Source of the DNA: Paramoeba atlantica
Taxonomy: Eukaryota > Protista > Discosea
NCBI GenBank assembly: GCA_977017575.1
Contig: CDRNVI010000200.1
Location: 4,133-68,132 of the forward strand
Length of the DNA: 64,000 bases
Direction: 5' to 3'
In this document: positions 44,301-58,600 of the stretch, in pieces
Layout of the letters: each line of letters starts with the position of its first letter
Numbering within the stretch: the stretch's first letter is position 1
The notes under the pieces: model-generated
Seen by the model: the letters and a program-made list of their open reading frames with translations, nothing else
Told to the model about the DNA's origin: nothing
The model's database searches: none
Made by a program: the position numbers and the translations under genes

Positions 44301-47300
44301 CTAAAACTTTTCATGATGAATCTCACTGCTCACATGCATAAAGCGGGAATCAATATCCGGTATATTGGATTAGTTGTCTCTTTCTATTGGCAATTGGGAG
44401 AATCAAAATTGGACAAGGTTTTTTTTCTTGCCTGAAGGCAAGAAAGAAAAGAAAAGAAAAGAAAGAAAAAGAAAGAAAAAGAAAAGAAAGAAAAAAAAAG
44501 AAAGAAAAGAAAAGAAAGAAAGAAAAGAAAAGAAAAGAAAGAAAAGAAAAGAAAAGAAAGAAAAGAAAAAGAAAGAAAGAAAAGAAAAAGAAAAAGAAAA
44601 TGAAGCAAAATGGTGAAAAACAAAAAACAGAAATACTTAAAAATTTATTTATTTTGAAAATAGGTCTTGGGAAAAAGTGAGTTGTTGCCTTATTTTGTAA
44701 GAATTTATCTGATTGAAGCAATTGCGAGAGTTATTAAAAATGAGTTGAGCCTTTTGATGAGGCAAAAAACAAAAGATTTGAAATTGATACTTGAGGTTTT
44801 GATTTTATTGTTGTTTTATTTTATTGTTGTTGTTTTTATGTTATCTTCCTCTTTTCTGATCTTTGTTTCTTTTTATTCTCTTTTTTCTTTTTTTTTTGTT
44901 TTGAAAGGTCCCATATCGTAAACTGGCTGTGGATTTTATGAACAAAATTTTTGGTCGTGGAGATACTCCAGATCACTGGTTTTGTTTTCTTCTTTTTTTC
45001 TTTTCCCTTGCGAAATTCTTACAAACTCCCCTTTTCTATCTCTTCCTCTCTCTCTCTCTTACCAGGTGGTCAACAATTCTCCCTCCTCTCCTGAAATTGC
45101 ATTTCTCATTAGATGATCAAAAGATCCCTCCAGACTTTCGACTCCATATTTTAACTCAGATGCCACAATTTGACCCTCGATTGGCCTTGTTCCAGCGAAT
45201 TGTGAGTTTGACTGGTTTGGTTTTTAGTGAAAATATTATTCAGAAATTTGAAGGTTTCTTTTTTCTTTTCTTTTTCTTTTTTGTTCTCTTTACCTTTGAG
45301 CTTACCATTCGACAGATCGAACATTTTTCACATCAGAACCATTCGATTCTTTGGATTTAGTGGAAATTGGAGACCGAGTGAAATGCATGGACATTGTCTC
45401 ATTTTCACAAGGAAATTTCTTTTTGTATAAGGCTCTGTCCCAGACTGATTCGAGGCTTAAAGAATCACTCCTTTTACAAGTTTTTTTCTTCATTAATTTG
45501 TTGTGTTTTGATGATTTTGTGCTTTCCAGAAGAGTGATTTTAAAACTGAAGAGAAGCATCTTTTCTTTTCTCTGTTGTTTTTTTTTTGTTTTCTTCTTTT
45601 CATTTCCTTCCGTAAATAGGCAATCAGAAAATACGAAGAAGCTCTTAAATCAAACTCGAACACTGAAACTCTCATGAATTGTTCCATCGCTCATTACAAC
45701 ATCCTCATCCTCCGTTTTAATCCTCTTACTTCTTTCGCTTCTCTGCCCAACACTTCTTCATCTGTAACAATCACAAAACAAAAAAAAGAAGAAATTGGAG
45801 AACAAACCGTGTTTATATCATTTGATCCAACTGACCCATCTGTTCAAAAGGCTCGAGATTGTTTGCGTCATTTAATAAGTACAGACCCAACAAATAGTAA
45901 AAGCCTTTGTCTTTACGCGATGTTTTTGAATCGTTGTGATGAGTTTGCTGATGCGGAGGAATTTTTTTTGAAATCGATTCAAATTGAGCCAAGTAACTCG
46001 TTTGCGATTGTGGAATATATGCATTTTTTGGACCGTTGCGGTCAACATCAGACCGCTGATTACGCATTGGAAGTGATTACAAGTAAGACAAAACACAAAC
46101 TTATTTCTCCTTATACTGGGAAAGAACTTGGAGGGATTGTTCGAGTATTTTTACAAAATGGGTCTTTTAAATCGCTTTCGATTCGTGCTACAATGACCAC
46201 AAAAGATGTTTTGGTTTTGATTTGCCATTCTCTGAAAATTCCATTTAATTCAATGGATATGCAGCTTATTGCTGTTGATCTTGGAGAGAAAGTTTCAAAG
46301 GAAGCTTTGAAGAGTGGGCCAATTTGGTCTAAAGTTGTTGCTGGGGTAATTTTTTATTATTTCTTTTCTCTTTTTTTTTCATCTCTTCTCTGCTCCTTTT
46401 TCCTCCTTCTCACGCTCTTTTCATAAAGGCAAAAAGACAAGATCTCCTCTCAGAAACAGCCCTTCCCTGGTTTTACCCCCAAAGACATAACTGTCACTTC
46501 TTCTTATATTTTCGCCCATGCCCAAGCCCTGTTTCATGTGAAAAGATCTTCACTTTTCTGTCTTCAACATGGAGAGGACCAGTGGACGAATCGATCAATT
46601 CTTTAGAAGAATTGGTGGGGCATTTATTGAGGGCTAATCATGGGTTTGTTCATTGTCTTCTCTTTATTTCTCCTTTGTTGGTTTTGAAAGAGGAATTGAA
46701 GCAAATATTAATGAAGGTTTCTTTTCCTTTTTTTTATTTTTTTTTGTTTGGTCAGTCAAGAAACTCACTTCATTATTTTTAATATCTTAGGGAGAGCCCT
46801 TTGGAGAAAACCACGTTCGTGTTCTTGAAACTTGGACAACTTGTTTTGATGATTTAGAAGTTGACGAGATCGCCCCTCTTGCGAAAAAATTTCCAAAAGA
46901 TTTCTCTTTCTGCTTCGGTTTGATTTTGATTATTAAAAAAAAACTTTTCTCTTATTTCCCCCTTACTTTCTCTTCCCCTTCTCTGATAAAATTTCATCAA
47001 AAAGATATCATGACAAGAAGAAAAGCCCTCGTTAATGAAGAAAAATCTGCCCAATCCAATTTGACAGCTCGTTTCAAACAACTTTCCCAAAAAATGAGCG
47101 GAGCACCAACTCGATCAGTAACACCATTATCGTCATCAGGTCCATCAATACCATCAACAACACCACTAACTTCCTCAAATTCATCACCATTGGTACCTTC
47201 TTCAAATGCGCCACAACTTTCCTCACAAAGACAAAACAGAAATGCAAGTCCGCCCCCTCAAACCAAACCATCATCTCCACGCTCAACAAGCCCAAACCAA

Positions 47301-48641
47301 CGAAACAAAACTCGCCATCCCTCTCCCCCACCAACAAACGTTCGACAATTCCAAATGAAACACCGAAAAACAAGTCCCCCTCCAAATCGACATACTTCCA
47401 CTCCCTGTGTCGGGCACCCTGCAGATTTTCGCAGAACAGGAAGCTTTGGTCGAGACCCAGTTCCATCTTCTTCTACCCCTACTACTTTGGGTAAATCAGC
47501 AAGTCCAAAAAAAAGTAGACCCAAAAGTATTGTTCCCCCAAATTTCAAAGCCACTATGACTATGACAGGGAGTGGAGGGTTTGTCGTTCGAAATGCCTTC
47601 TCAAAACCCTTCTCCTTTATACTCCGAGATGAAAAACCAGAAGATTTGACAAAAGTTGCGGAACAACTGAGATTGTGGGTGATGACAATTCAATCCAACA
47701 TTCAACCACAAGATTTTTTGTCTTTTTCTCGTCAGTGTCGCGATAGAGATCTCCCTGAATCAATCTCTTTGGGCCTTCTTTATGAACAATGTATCTCTGA
47801 ATGGGTCATGAATGAAGTTGCAGATGAGGATGCAACATCTCCAACCATTTCTAAATTTGAACCGAGTCTCCGTTCCTTTGAAGCATTTGTTGATCTTGCT
47901 GCTCGTTCTTACCAAATTGGTGATCTTTCAACAGCTATTGCCATTGTTGATGCGCTCAATTCTGATCCAGTCACACAACTCCATCCAAATTGGACACAAT
48001 CATGCCTCCATCGAACCATTCGCTGCAAGTTCTTCTCTTCAAGCCCCTTTCTCCACTTTGCTCTCTCTTCTTCAATGACAACAGAAGAATATTTTCAAAA
48101 TTATCTCGAAGCAATCACACTTTTTGACAAATCGAAAATGGTTTGCTTGCCGAATATCACTCGAGTGATGCTTTTTGTTCGTTCGATTGGCCCAATTGTA
48201 ATGGAACACCTTTCTGGTCCAAAACTCCCTCTTTCAACTGCAAATATCTTTTATTCTGTGGTTTCAAAGTTTGCCATTCCAAGCCTTGGTCGATCTTTTA
48301 ATTTTCTCACTTTTGTCACGTTGCGGAAACTGGAAATTTTGAGACAACATTTTGACGAAGAAATTTTTTCGAAACTTTCGCAAGATATTATGAAACCTTT
48401 AATCTCCTCTTGGAATCTTGACAAAGAGAACCCCAAAGTAGAAACTTCCTCACAATTGTTGATGAAGTCACATCACCAAACAAAAGAGCGTCTTACTTCT
48501 TGTTCTGTTTCTGATGTTCAAAGAAAGAAGAAAGCAAAACCTTTGGAGGGGTATCATAAATCACAAAATATTTCGAAGGGAAAATTTCGAGCAACAAAGA
48601 CGACCCAACTGGCATCAACCTTAAATATTGAAGACTTGTGA
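41327..48641 (+). CDS. Multidomain protein: coiled coil, Cys-rich zinc-finger-like motif, Clu-like domain, TPR-like region, RA/ubiquitin-like domain, REM and divergent RasGEF (CDC25) domain
   Basis: Clu-type motifs: WSNRFQ, AGGEKYIVHNILFKFA, AGHELKG, FPLMTLVDYRGFRL, DGNFYLLDFSRTMPP. RA-like: VRVFLQNGSFKSLSI. REM-like: SLEELVGHL...VLETW. CDC25-like: AEQLRL...WVMNEV...FVDLA...AIVDALNS...W. The exon junctions I checked manually are in frame; not every junction was checked. Confidence 0.7.
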
Positions 48642-48862
48642 CATTCAATAATCATTCCCAATTGGTTGATTTTAAAATAAATATATAAAAATTGAAATAA
48701 TATTTTTATTATTATTATTTTCTTTTTTGATTTTGATCTTTTTGGACACCTTTTTTTCTTAAAAAAAAAAAAATGGAAAAGGAAAACGTCGAAAATCCGC
48801 TATCAGATTTTTTTTTCTCGTTTTTCCTCTTTTTGTCCCTTTCTTCTCTTCTCTTTCTCTCT

Positions 48863-49639
48863 TTATCTCTTTCTCGTTCCTTTCTCTTTTTTAAAGGCTT
48901 GTATTAAAATCGACATGACTCCCAATTCTAAGAAACAATTTTCTCACTTCTGCACGGATTTCAGGCGAATTTGTCATCAAAAGATCACAGAAAAATGGAT
49001 ATAAAATTCTCATGTGTGTTGTGAACTATCAAAAAAAGTTAAAAGAGAAAGACAAAGAGAAAGGAGAAAGAGAGAAAGAAAGAGAAAGAGAGAAAAAGAA
49101 AAAGAACCTGAGGATCTCTCAAAGAAAAGAGAGAAGAAAGAATCAAAATTGTCGTTTTTGTCTTAGAAAGTTGACATTCAGCTCGATGTGCTTGATCAAA
49201 TTCAATTTCTTTATCTTCTTCAAGTGGAAAATTGTCCACAAATTCTGACATCTCTCGCATGCATACCCTTTTAAAATAAATAAATAAATAATCAAAAATC
49301 AAAAAAAAAATTAATCTTTTTTTGTAATCAGAAAAAAAGAAACTCACGAATAAAATAGAAAGAAAAAAAAAAGAAATAAAAAAAAAGAATAAAAGGAAAC
49401 AAAAGAAAAAAAAACATACTCAAACAATCTCTTTTCAACCAATTTGGGATAATTTGAATTCGGAGAATCAGAGGATTCTCCATACATCCGAAACATCAAA
49501 TTACAGAGAATAGTCATTCCCTCCATCTCCTCTTGAATTAACCCCCTCCACACACCTAAAAATTTTTGATTTGGAAGAGAGAGAAAAGAGAGAGAGAGAG
49601 AGGAAAAAAAGAAAAAGTAAATAAAAATAAAAAAAAAAT

Positions 49640-49671
<32 letters not shown>

Positions 49672-52600
49672 CCAGAAAAAGATCCCAAATCCTTCCACAA
49701 AGAAGAATCAAAATTCAAATTATGAACAATCAAAATCATCTGTTCCAAAGAATCCAAAATACGGACCATTTGTTGCGGAGACAAAGAAGAATATGTTGTC
49801 TCTACTAGTTCGGCGATTGATTTTATTATTCCTAGTTGTACTCTTGTTCGTCCTGAAAGGGAAGGAGAGAGAGAGAGAGAGAGAGAGAGGAGAGGGAGTG
49901 AAAATGAATAAAGAGAGAGAGAGAGACAAAAAAAAAAAGAAAGAGAAAAGAGAAAAGAGAAAAGAGAGAAAAGAGAGAAAGAAAAGAGAGAAAGAAAAGA
50001 GAGAAAGAAAAGAGAGAAAAGAGAGAAAAGAGAGAGAGAAAAAAAGAGAAAAAAGAGAAAAAAGAAAGAGAAACCTTGAATCAGAGCCATAGAATTTTTC
50101 AAACTTTCATTGGAGCTGAGTCTCTTTCGTTTAATTGATTGAAAAGAATATATTGTTTTTCCTCCGAGCTATTATTAAAATAGAAAGAGGAAGGAGAAAA
50201 GAATCAGAAAAAGAGGGGAAACAGGAACAAAAAAAAAAAGAGGCACAAAGAAAAAACAAAATATAAAAATTAAAAAAAGAAAAAAGAAAAAATAATAATA
50301 AAATTAAAAAGAAAAAAAGAAAAAAAGAAAAAAAAAAGAAAAAAAGAAAAAGAAAAAAGAAATAAAAAAGAAAAAAAGAAAAAAAAAAAATAAAAAAGAA
50401 ATAAAAAAAAAAAAAGAAAAAAAAATAAAATAAAATAAAAATAAAATAAAATAAAATAAAAAAATAAAAAATAAAAAAAACCTCAATAGAACGAGTCAAA
50501 TGAATAGAATCAACCTCCAACTTCAAAGGAGCATTAGAACAAAAAACATCAGAAGAAAGAGAACGATGTCTCTTCCCCGTCTTTCGAGTTGGTGTTGGTG
50601 GTGTTAGTGGTGGTCTTGGTTCTAGTATCCCTTTTGTGTCGATGTCCTGTTTTTTTGTTTTTTTGTTTTTTTGTTTTTTTTGTTTTTTGTTTTTTGTTTT
50701 TTTGTTTTTTTTGTTTTTTGTTTTTTTGTTTTTTGTTTTTTTGTTTTTTGTTTTTTGTTTTTTGTTTTTTGTTGTTGTTTTTTTTTTGTGTTTGTTGTGT
50801 TTGTTGTGTTTGTTGTTTTAGTTATTTTTGATAGGTCGTTAGTTTGTCGCTAGAATGAGTTTGTTTTTTTTGCGATGTATTATTTACTATTTATTATTTA
50901 TTAATTCTTAATTGTTATTATTCAATTTTATGAATAATTACTGAAAAACTTCTTTATTCTTAATTATTATCATTTCTTTATTTCATTAAGATTATTAGTT
51001 ATGCGTTTGGGAAAAAGTAGAGAAAGAAAAAAGAAAAAGAGAACCTTTGATCTTACTGTAAGTTGCTGATCTTTTGACAATAAAAGAGCATCCTCTGAAG
51101 CAGTTTCAATTAAAATATATCCCAACGCAGTCACCACCTTTAAAAGAAATTGAGAACGAGAGAACGATAGAGAAAGAAAGAAAGAAAGAAAAAGAAAAAG
51201 AGAGAAAAAGAGAAACCTGATCCCACATCGATTGTGACCATTTCGCTTTATTCTCAATAACCAAAGAAAAAAGGCAATTTACTCCGATGCTCGCCAAATC
51301 CTGTCAAGGAAAGATGAAAAAAGTAAAAGAAAGGGAAAAAAGAGGAAAAAAGAAAAGAAAAGAAAAAAAGAAAAGGAAATAAATAAATAAATAAATAAGT
51401 AAAAAAACCTCATTATCATGAACAACACAGGCAATCAACAAATTCAAATAATCACCCAAAAGAGGGCTCATTTTCTGAAAATAGGTCCCAAATAAATTCA
51501 CAGTGCTCGCCAAAACAAATTGACACGTGGTGGAAACCCATTGGTTGTCTTCTTCAGAGAGTTTGGATTGGTCTGTGAAGTGGCAAATGGAATCAAAGAT
51601 TGGTCGGATTACCCCTGTTGATTGAAAGAGAAAGAGAGGAAAGAAAGAGAGGGAAGTGGTTCAGAGAAAGATAAAGAAAAAAGAAAAAGAAAAGAGAAGA
51701 AAAGAAAAATAAAAAGAAAAGAAAAAAAAGACAAAAAAAGACAAAAAAAAACCTCGAAAAATCATATCCCACATGGCATCAGTATACAAATTACCATAAT
51801 TCTTCAAAATAACAAACAACTGTTTCGCAGCAGCATTCCGAATTGTCAAAAGAGGATGAGAAATAGACTGTGACAACCCAATAAAAATTGCAAACCACAA
51901 TTTTATATGAGTCTCATTTTGTGTTGCAAATAAAACATCGTCACCCCCATTCCCTAAAGAAGAAGAAGGAGAAGAAGAAGAAGAAGAAGAAGGGGAAGTA
52001 GTCGAAGTTGGAGGAGGATAAGAGGAAGTCAAAGAAATATTTGAAGGCAAAGAAGTCGTCACGCCCCTCGGACTCCCAACAACACCATTCTCCACCCCTT
52101 GAGAAGGAGAAGAAGAAGAAGAAGAAGAGGACTGATTCGTCGCCCCACTCCCCGTGACACCACCAGACCCGCAACGAACAACATCGCCCTTCCCAAGATG
52201 ATCAGCACAAACAAGAACCAATTTAATCGCCTTAATCGAAATTTCCTTAACAGGAGAACCCCGAGCATGAGCAGAAAGACAATGTACAACATCAATAAAA
52301 AACATCTCTCCTACTAGGTTGAACCATTTTGTGACGACCATTTCGACTGTTTCGAATGCGAGGCTCCCTATTGTCGGTGATTCGTCACGGCCTGCGATTG
52401 AGAAGGCGTACAGGATTGATTTCCATCCTGGGTGGGTGGGGGGAAAGAATGAGAAAAGAAAGAGAGAAGAAAAAAAAGAAAAGAAAAAAAGAAAAAGAAA
52501 AGAAAAAAAAAAGAAAAAGGAATAAAAAGAAAAAAAGAAAAAAAGAAAAAGGAAAAAAAGGAAAAGGAAAAGGAAAAGAAAAAAGAAAAACCAGATTGAA

Positions 52601-54324
52601 TATTAGAAGCTCTAGAACGAATCATTTGAGAAAGACAATGCACAACAAGTTCCCGAATTTGAACAGATCTAATTAAAAGAAAGAGAAAAAATTAAGAAGA
52701 GAAGAGAGGAAAAGGGAAAGAAAGAAAGAAAGAAAGAAGAAGAAAAAAAGAAAAGAAGAAAAAGGAAAAAGAAAAGAAAAAGAAAAAAAAAAAAGAAAGA
52801 AAAGAAAAAAAAAAAAAAAGAAAAGAAAAAAAAACTTGTGAATCTCAAGAATATGCCCAAAAGGTTTCAAAAAAGATTTTTGAAAATTGTAATTTGAAAG
52901 TTCATCTTTTTCCAAAAATTTCATTGCAAGTTGTCGAAGCGAGTCAACAGCATACATTGCCAACTAAAAAGAGGAATTAAAAGAAGAAAAAGAAAGGGAA
53001 AAGAGAAGGAATAATAAATGACATTAGAGAAAAGAAGAGAAAAGAGAGAAAAGAATAAAAGAAAAAGAATAAAAGAAAAAGAAACAAAGAAAGAAAAAAA
53101 AAATAACACAAAAAAAAACACACAAAAAAAAAAAAAAGATAAAAAAATAAAAAAATAAAAATAAAAAAAAAAAAAAAAATAAAAATAAAAAAAAAAAAAA
53201 AAATAAAAAAAAATTAAAAAAAAAAAACCTTACGATTAGAAGAACAACCAACTCTCGTAAAATGATCACCAATATGAGTCCAAATCCGGGTCCAAACAAG
53301 TCGAATTCGGCTCATATTTTCATATGCAACTTCCACCAATTTTTGGAGTGAATATGTTCTTGGTGATGATCCTTGTATTTCGTTTTCGTAGGAGACCTTT
53401 GAGAGAGAGAGAGATTTTGAGAAAGATAAAGAGACAGAAAAGATTGAAAGAAAGAAGAGAAGAAAGAAAAGAAAAAGAAAAAGAAAGAAAGAAAAAAGAA
53501 AGAAAGAAAAGAAAAAGAAAAAGAAAAAGAAAGAAAAAAAAAAAAAGAAAAAAAAGAAAAAGAAAAAAGAAAGGAAAAAAAAAAAAAGAAAAAAGAAAAG
53601 AAAAAAGAAAAGAAAAAAGAAAAGAAATTCAAAAAAAAAAAAAAAGAAATTAAAAAAAAAAAAAAAAAAAGAACCTTACACAAACACTTAACAAAATCAA
53701 CAATAGCATTCCCATTCAATTGAGCAGTATGAGAAAAAATCTTTTCAATTGAAAGAGGATCAATCTTACTCACTATCATTTGTGCGTTTTGTTCTTCATA
53801 ATTTTTGTTTCCTCCTTCTCCTTTTCCTGTTGTATTTTTTTTTTTGAAAGAGAGGGGTGGAAAGAGAGAGGGAGATTGAAAAAGAAAATGAATCAAAAGA
53901 AAAAGAAAATGAAAAGAAAAAATTAAAACAAAAAGACAAATAATAAAAAATAGAATAATAAAAAAAGATAAAAGAAAATAATAAAAAAGAAATAATAAAA
54001 TAAAATAATAAAATAAAATAATAAAATAAAATAATAAAATAATAAAATAATAAAATAATAAAATAAAATAAAATAAAAAACCAGAAAGTCGCTCAGCTTC
54101 ATGCCGCTCTTCTTCACTCACAGTCCTCTTCGTCGCAACCTTTTCCATTTTTTTAACATTAGCTTTTTTTTTGTTTTATTTATTATTAATTTGTTATGAT
54201 TATTCTGATTATGATTATGATTATTAATTCTTATTACTCTCATTCTTATTATCATGTCTTAAAAAAAAAAACCCAAAAAAAACCCAAAAAAAAACAAAGA
54301 AAAAAACAAAGAAAAAACAAGAAA

Positions 54325-54371
<47 letters not shown>

Positions 54372-55612
54372 AATAAACCTTTTTCGGAGGAGCAACATGG
54401 GCCAAAGGTTGTGGTATCCCCGTCCCCACCAAAAATAATCTCTCCAAATTCGAGACACACAACAAAACCTTATTTTTTTATTATTTATTATTTATTATTT
54501 ATTATTTATTATTTCTTCTTTATTATTTATTATTTATTATTCTTCTGATATTTGGTTTGAATAAAAAGAGAGGAATGTGATCCACCCTTTTTTTTGTTAA
54601 TATTGTTGTTTTTGTAATTTTTGTTCTTTTTGTTGTTGTTGTTGTCACATTAGAAATTGTGACAAATTTCAAAAAAAAAAACCTGCATCCAAGAATCTTG
54701 TAAATAATTACCATCAGTATGAGCCAAACTTAAAAGAGCTTTAATCGCATCAATATTTTTCTATTAAAAGAAATGAATAAATCTCTTCCTGAGAAAAGAA
54801 AAAGAAAGAAAGAAAAAGAGAAAGACAAAAAGAGAGAAAAAGAAAGAAAGAGAGAAAAAAGAGAGAAGAGAGAAAAAAAAAACAATTTTGCAAACCTGCT
54901 TTGTTTCTTTAACGTGACTATCAAGAAGAGTAAAATTCGCAAGAGATTTTGCAAACGCTTTTTGTTCCGTTTCCATATAAAAAATACTGCTGACTCTGAT
55001 CGCCCATTTAAATCCTTCCAAACATAATGCCACAGCCTGGTACACAAATTAGTAAAAGAGAAAGAAAGAAGAGAAGAAGAATCTTCCCACTAATTCACAA
55101 AAAAAAAGAAAAGAAAAGAAAAAAAAAAGAAAAAAGAAAAAAGAAAAAAGAAAAAAGAAAAAAGAAAAAAAAAAAAAAAAAGAAAAAAAAGAAAAAAAAG
55201 AAAAAAAAAGAAAAAAAAAGAAAAAAAAAAAAAAAAAGAAGAGAAACCTTTTCATCATCCGTAGACTCCAACATATAAGAAAAAGCAGCCAACATAGGAC
55301 ACCAACTGACAGAAAACATGGGACGAACGTGACGAATATTTGTTGACTTAAAAAATGTGTTTTTTCTTCGAAGATGTTCTCGTAAACTTTCTCGGCTCTT
55401 TTTGACAATAAATGTTGTTTCCTGTTTTTTGTTTTTGGGAAAATGGGATTAAAATTGATGGTCTGGTGATGGGATGGGTCTTCTTGACTTTTTTCCTCTC
55501 TTTTTCTTTTTTCTCTTTTTCTTCTTTTATCATCCTTTCTTGCCTCTCCAAAAAAAAACAAAAAAAAAAAAAACAAAAAAAACAAAACAAAAAAAACAAA
55601 AACCAAAAAAAC

Positions 55613-55643
<31 letters not shown>

Positions 55644-58600
55644 GAAACAAAGACTGCCTTTGTTTAGGAGTCAACATCTCGCTCTGGGGTCGAGAAGAAG
55701 GACCAGAAATATCCAAACCCAATTTTAAAGGAGCTGCTCCAATTCGATCATATATTTTTTGTAAATATTCGAATGGAAAATCTCCATCGTCATTTAGCCC
55801 TTTTAGGTTTTTCGCCCACTGGAAAAATTGGTGGAGAAGGGGGGGGAGGGAAATGTGAGTGGGTTTTTATTTTTGTTGTTTTGTTTTTTTTTGTTTTTTT
55901 TTTTTTTTTATTTTTTTGTTTTTTTTTTTGTTTTTTTATTATTTTATTCTATTTTTATTATTTGTTTGTTTTTGCTTTGCTTTTTTTTTAAGGAAGAAAT
56001 TTGTTTGGTTTGTTTTGTTTTGTTTTGTGGAGATTTGGTGTTGATTAGTTGTTTTGTGGATTTTAATAATTACATTTTGTATTAAAAATATTTTATAAAT
56101 ACAAAATAAACCTGCTCGATTGTGATTTTTTTGACAATACTTTTGTTGTGTAAATCGGTAGCAAGCATAATTGTTGCATATGCAAAGATATATGCAGCAT
56201 CCGCATTTCCTGAGATAATAAGGGAAAAATAAGAATTGAAGAAAAGAGAAAAAAGGAAAAAGAAAAGAAAAGGAAAAAAACAAAAACAAAAATGAAAAAA
56301 AGAAACAAAGAAAAAAGAAGAAAGAAAAAAAGAAAAGGAAAAAAACAAAAACAAAAATGAAAAAAAGAAGCAAAGAAGAAAGAAGAAAAACCAAAAATTG
56401 AATCAGGATTATCATTAAAATATCTCTCTGCAAACTTTTCCATAATACGATCAATTGGATGAGCCTCTTTTGGTAACAAAAAAGTTGTAAGAAATCTCCT
56501 CACTGCAACATCAAATTCCAATCCCTGAAAAGAAAGAAAAGAAAGAAAAGAAAAAAAATAAATAAAATGAATAGGATAAAGATAATAAAGATAATAAATA
56601 AATATTATTTAATATCAAATAATTTTTCTTTTCTTTTCTTGGATTGTCCCTACATTCCATTCTCTTTTTCTCCCTCCTTTTTCTTCAAAAATAAAAATTA
56701 TATCTTATTTTCTGATTCATTTCCCATTCTCACCACATCAATTCAAAAAAAAAAAAAAAGAAAAGAAAAAGAAAAAGAAAAAAAAGAAATAATTACAGCA
56801 AAACGAAAATTATTATCAACATATTCATTCCGAACATGGCGATGCAATTCAGTATGGCCACCAAGATATTCTCCAATTTGACCTTTATCAAGACCATCAG
56901 CAGTATATAAAAAGTTGGCAATGTCTTTTGGTGTATCTTGGAAGTGCCCAATTCCAATCAGATATTTGATTCCGTCTTTGGGTTTCATGTTGAATCTCTG
57001 CTTTCCTTTTTTGACCTTTTTTTTGGAAAAAGGAAGAAAGAGAGAAGAGAAAGAGAATAGTTGGGTTTAATGAAATAAAAAGAAATTTTAAAAGCTAAGA
57101 AAAAGCTAAGAAAAAGATAAGAAGAAAAAAAACCTGTTGATTGTACATCATTTGTCGTTCAAAGCGAGCCAAATCACCACTCTCTTTTTGATAATGTTTC
57201 AAATCAAGAGACATTGAAGGAGGTCTATTTGAACTTTCACTTTCTTCATGATTGGAATTTTCCCAGAATTCTTCTTCATTTTCATACAATTCTTTACTCC
57301 AATCAACTAATGATCTCATAATTGTAACAAGACACTAAAAAAATAAGTAAATTAAAAAATTAGATTAACAAAATTAGATTTTTTTTGTGTCACTCATTTT
57401 TTTCGAGTTGTTTTTGGTTTGTTTTGTTGTGAAAGATCTTTTGTCTCTATTTTCAAAAGAAAAAGAAAAGAAGACCTCTAAGGCAAGACGACGAATCGCA
57501 ATTTCTTCTTCTTCTGTTGTGTGCCAATCGGAAACGCTAAATCCTCTTCCCTTTTATTTTTCCAATCAATCTTTTGTTCTCAACTACCTCTTCTCTTCTC
57601 TTCTCTTCCCTCCTAGAATCTCTCCAAATACTTTCCTTTTCATTCATTCTCTTTTTAAATCTCTTTCATTATCTAAATTAAAAAAAAAACCTTTGCAATC
57701 CCAGATAAGACATTCACCATTCGCTCAAAAACATCACGTGGGTTCGTCCGATCACAATCATAATTCAAAAAAATATCCACCAGAGTTTGAGGATTTTTAC
57801 ACACTAAAAGAAGCGACTCGAGGACCATCCACTTTTGAGGGGTCGTACTATTTTCACTTTCCAAAATTCGAAGAAAAATTTTCTCAAAAAAAACACCAAT
57901 TTCGTGTTTTAAGTGATTCTATTTTTAAAGAAAGAAAATGAATATTACTAAAAAAAAAATTTTTCCAAAAAAAAATCAATTTACCTTAAAGAGAGCAAGC
58001 AATGCAGTAAAGATAGCAAGAGAAAGACGAAATACATGAGGTACAGATGAGACACCATTGATTGACAAAACTCCCACACACAAATATTTCTTAATGGCAC
58101 TAGTTTTGTATTGAAAATAAAAAAAATCGTAAAGTGAGAAAAAAATCAAGAAAAAAATCAAGAAAAAAAGAAGAGGAAAGAAAAGCCACCAAAAAAAAAA
58201 AGACAAAAAAAAAAAGAAAGATTAAAAAAGAAAGATCAAAAAAGAAAGATTAAAAAAGAAAGATTAAAAAAGAAAGATTAAAAAAGAAAGATTAAAAAAG
58301 AAAGATTAAAAACCCATGAATAAATTTCTCATGGTTCCGCATAACAGGACCAGCAGATTCAAGAATATCCAACAAAAGTTGAAGAGCTAAAATCTTCGAT
58401 CGCATGTCTAAAGAATCAGGAGCTTGAATTGGATTTGGTCTCGCCATTTGATCAGCATTGAAGAAACTTCTCCTTTTATCAGAAGCCTTGTTTGGAAATT
58501 TTGAAAGTCAATATAAAATAGAATCTTAATAATTGAAGATGAAAATTGGTACAAAATCAAAAAAAAAAAAAAAAAGAAAAGAAAAAGAAAAAACTAAAGA

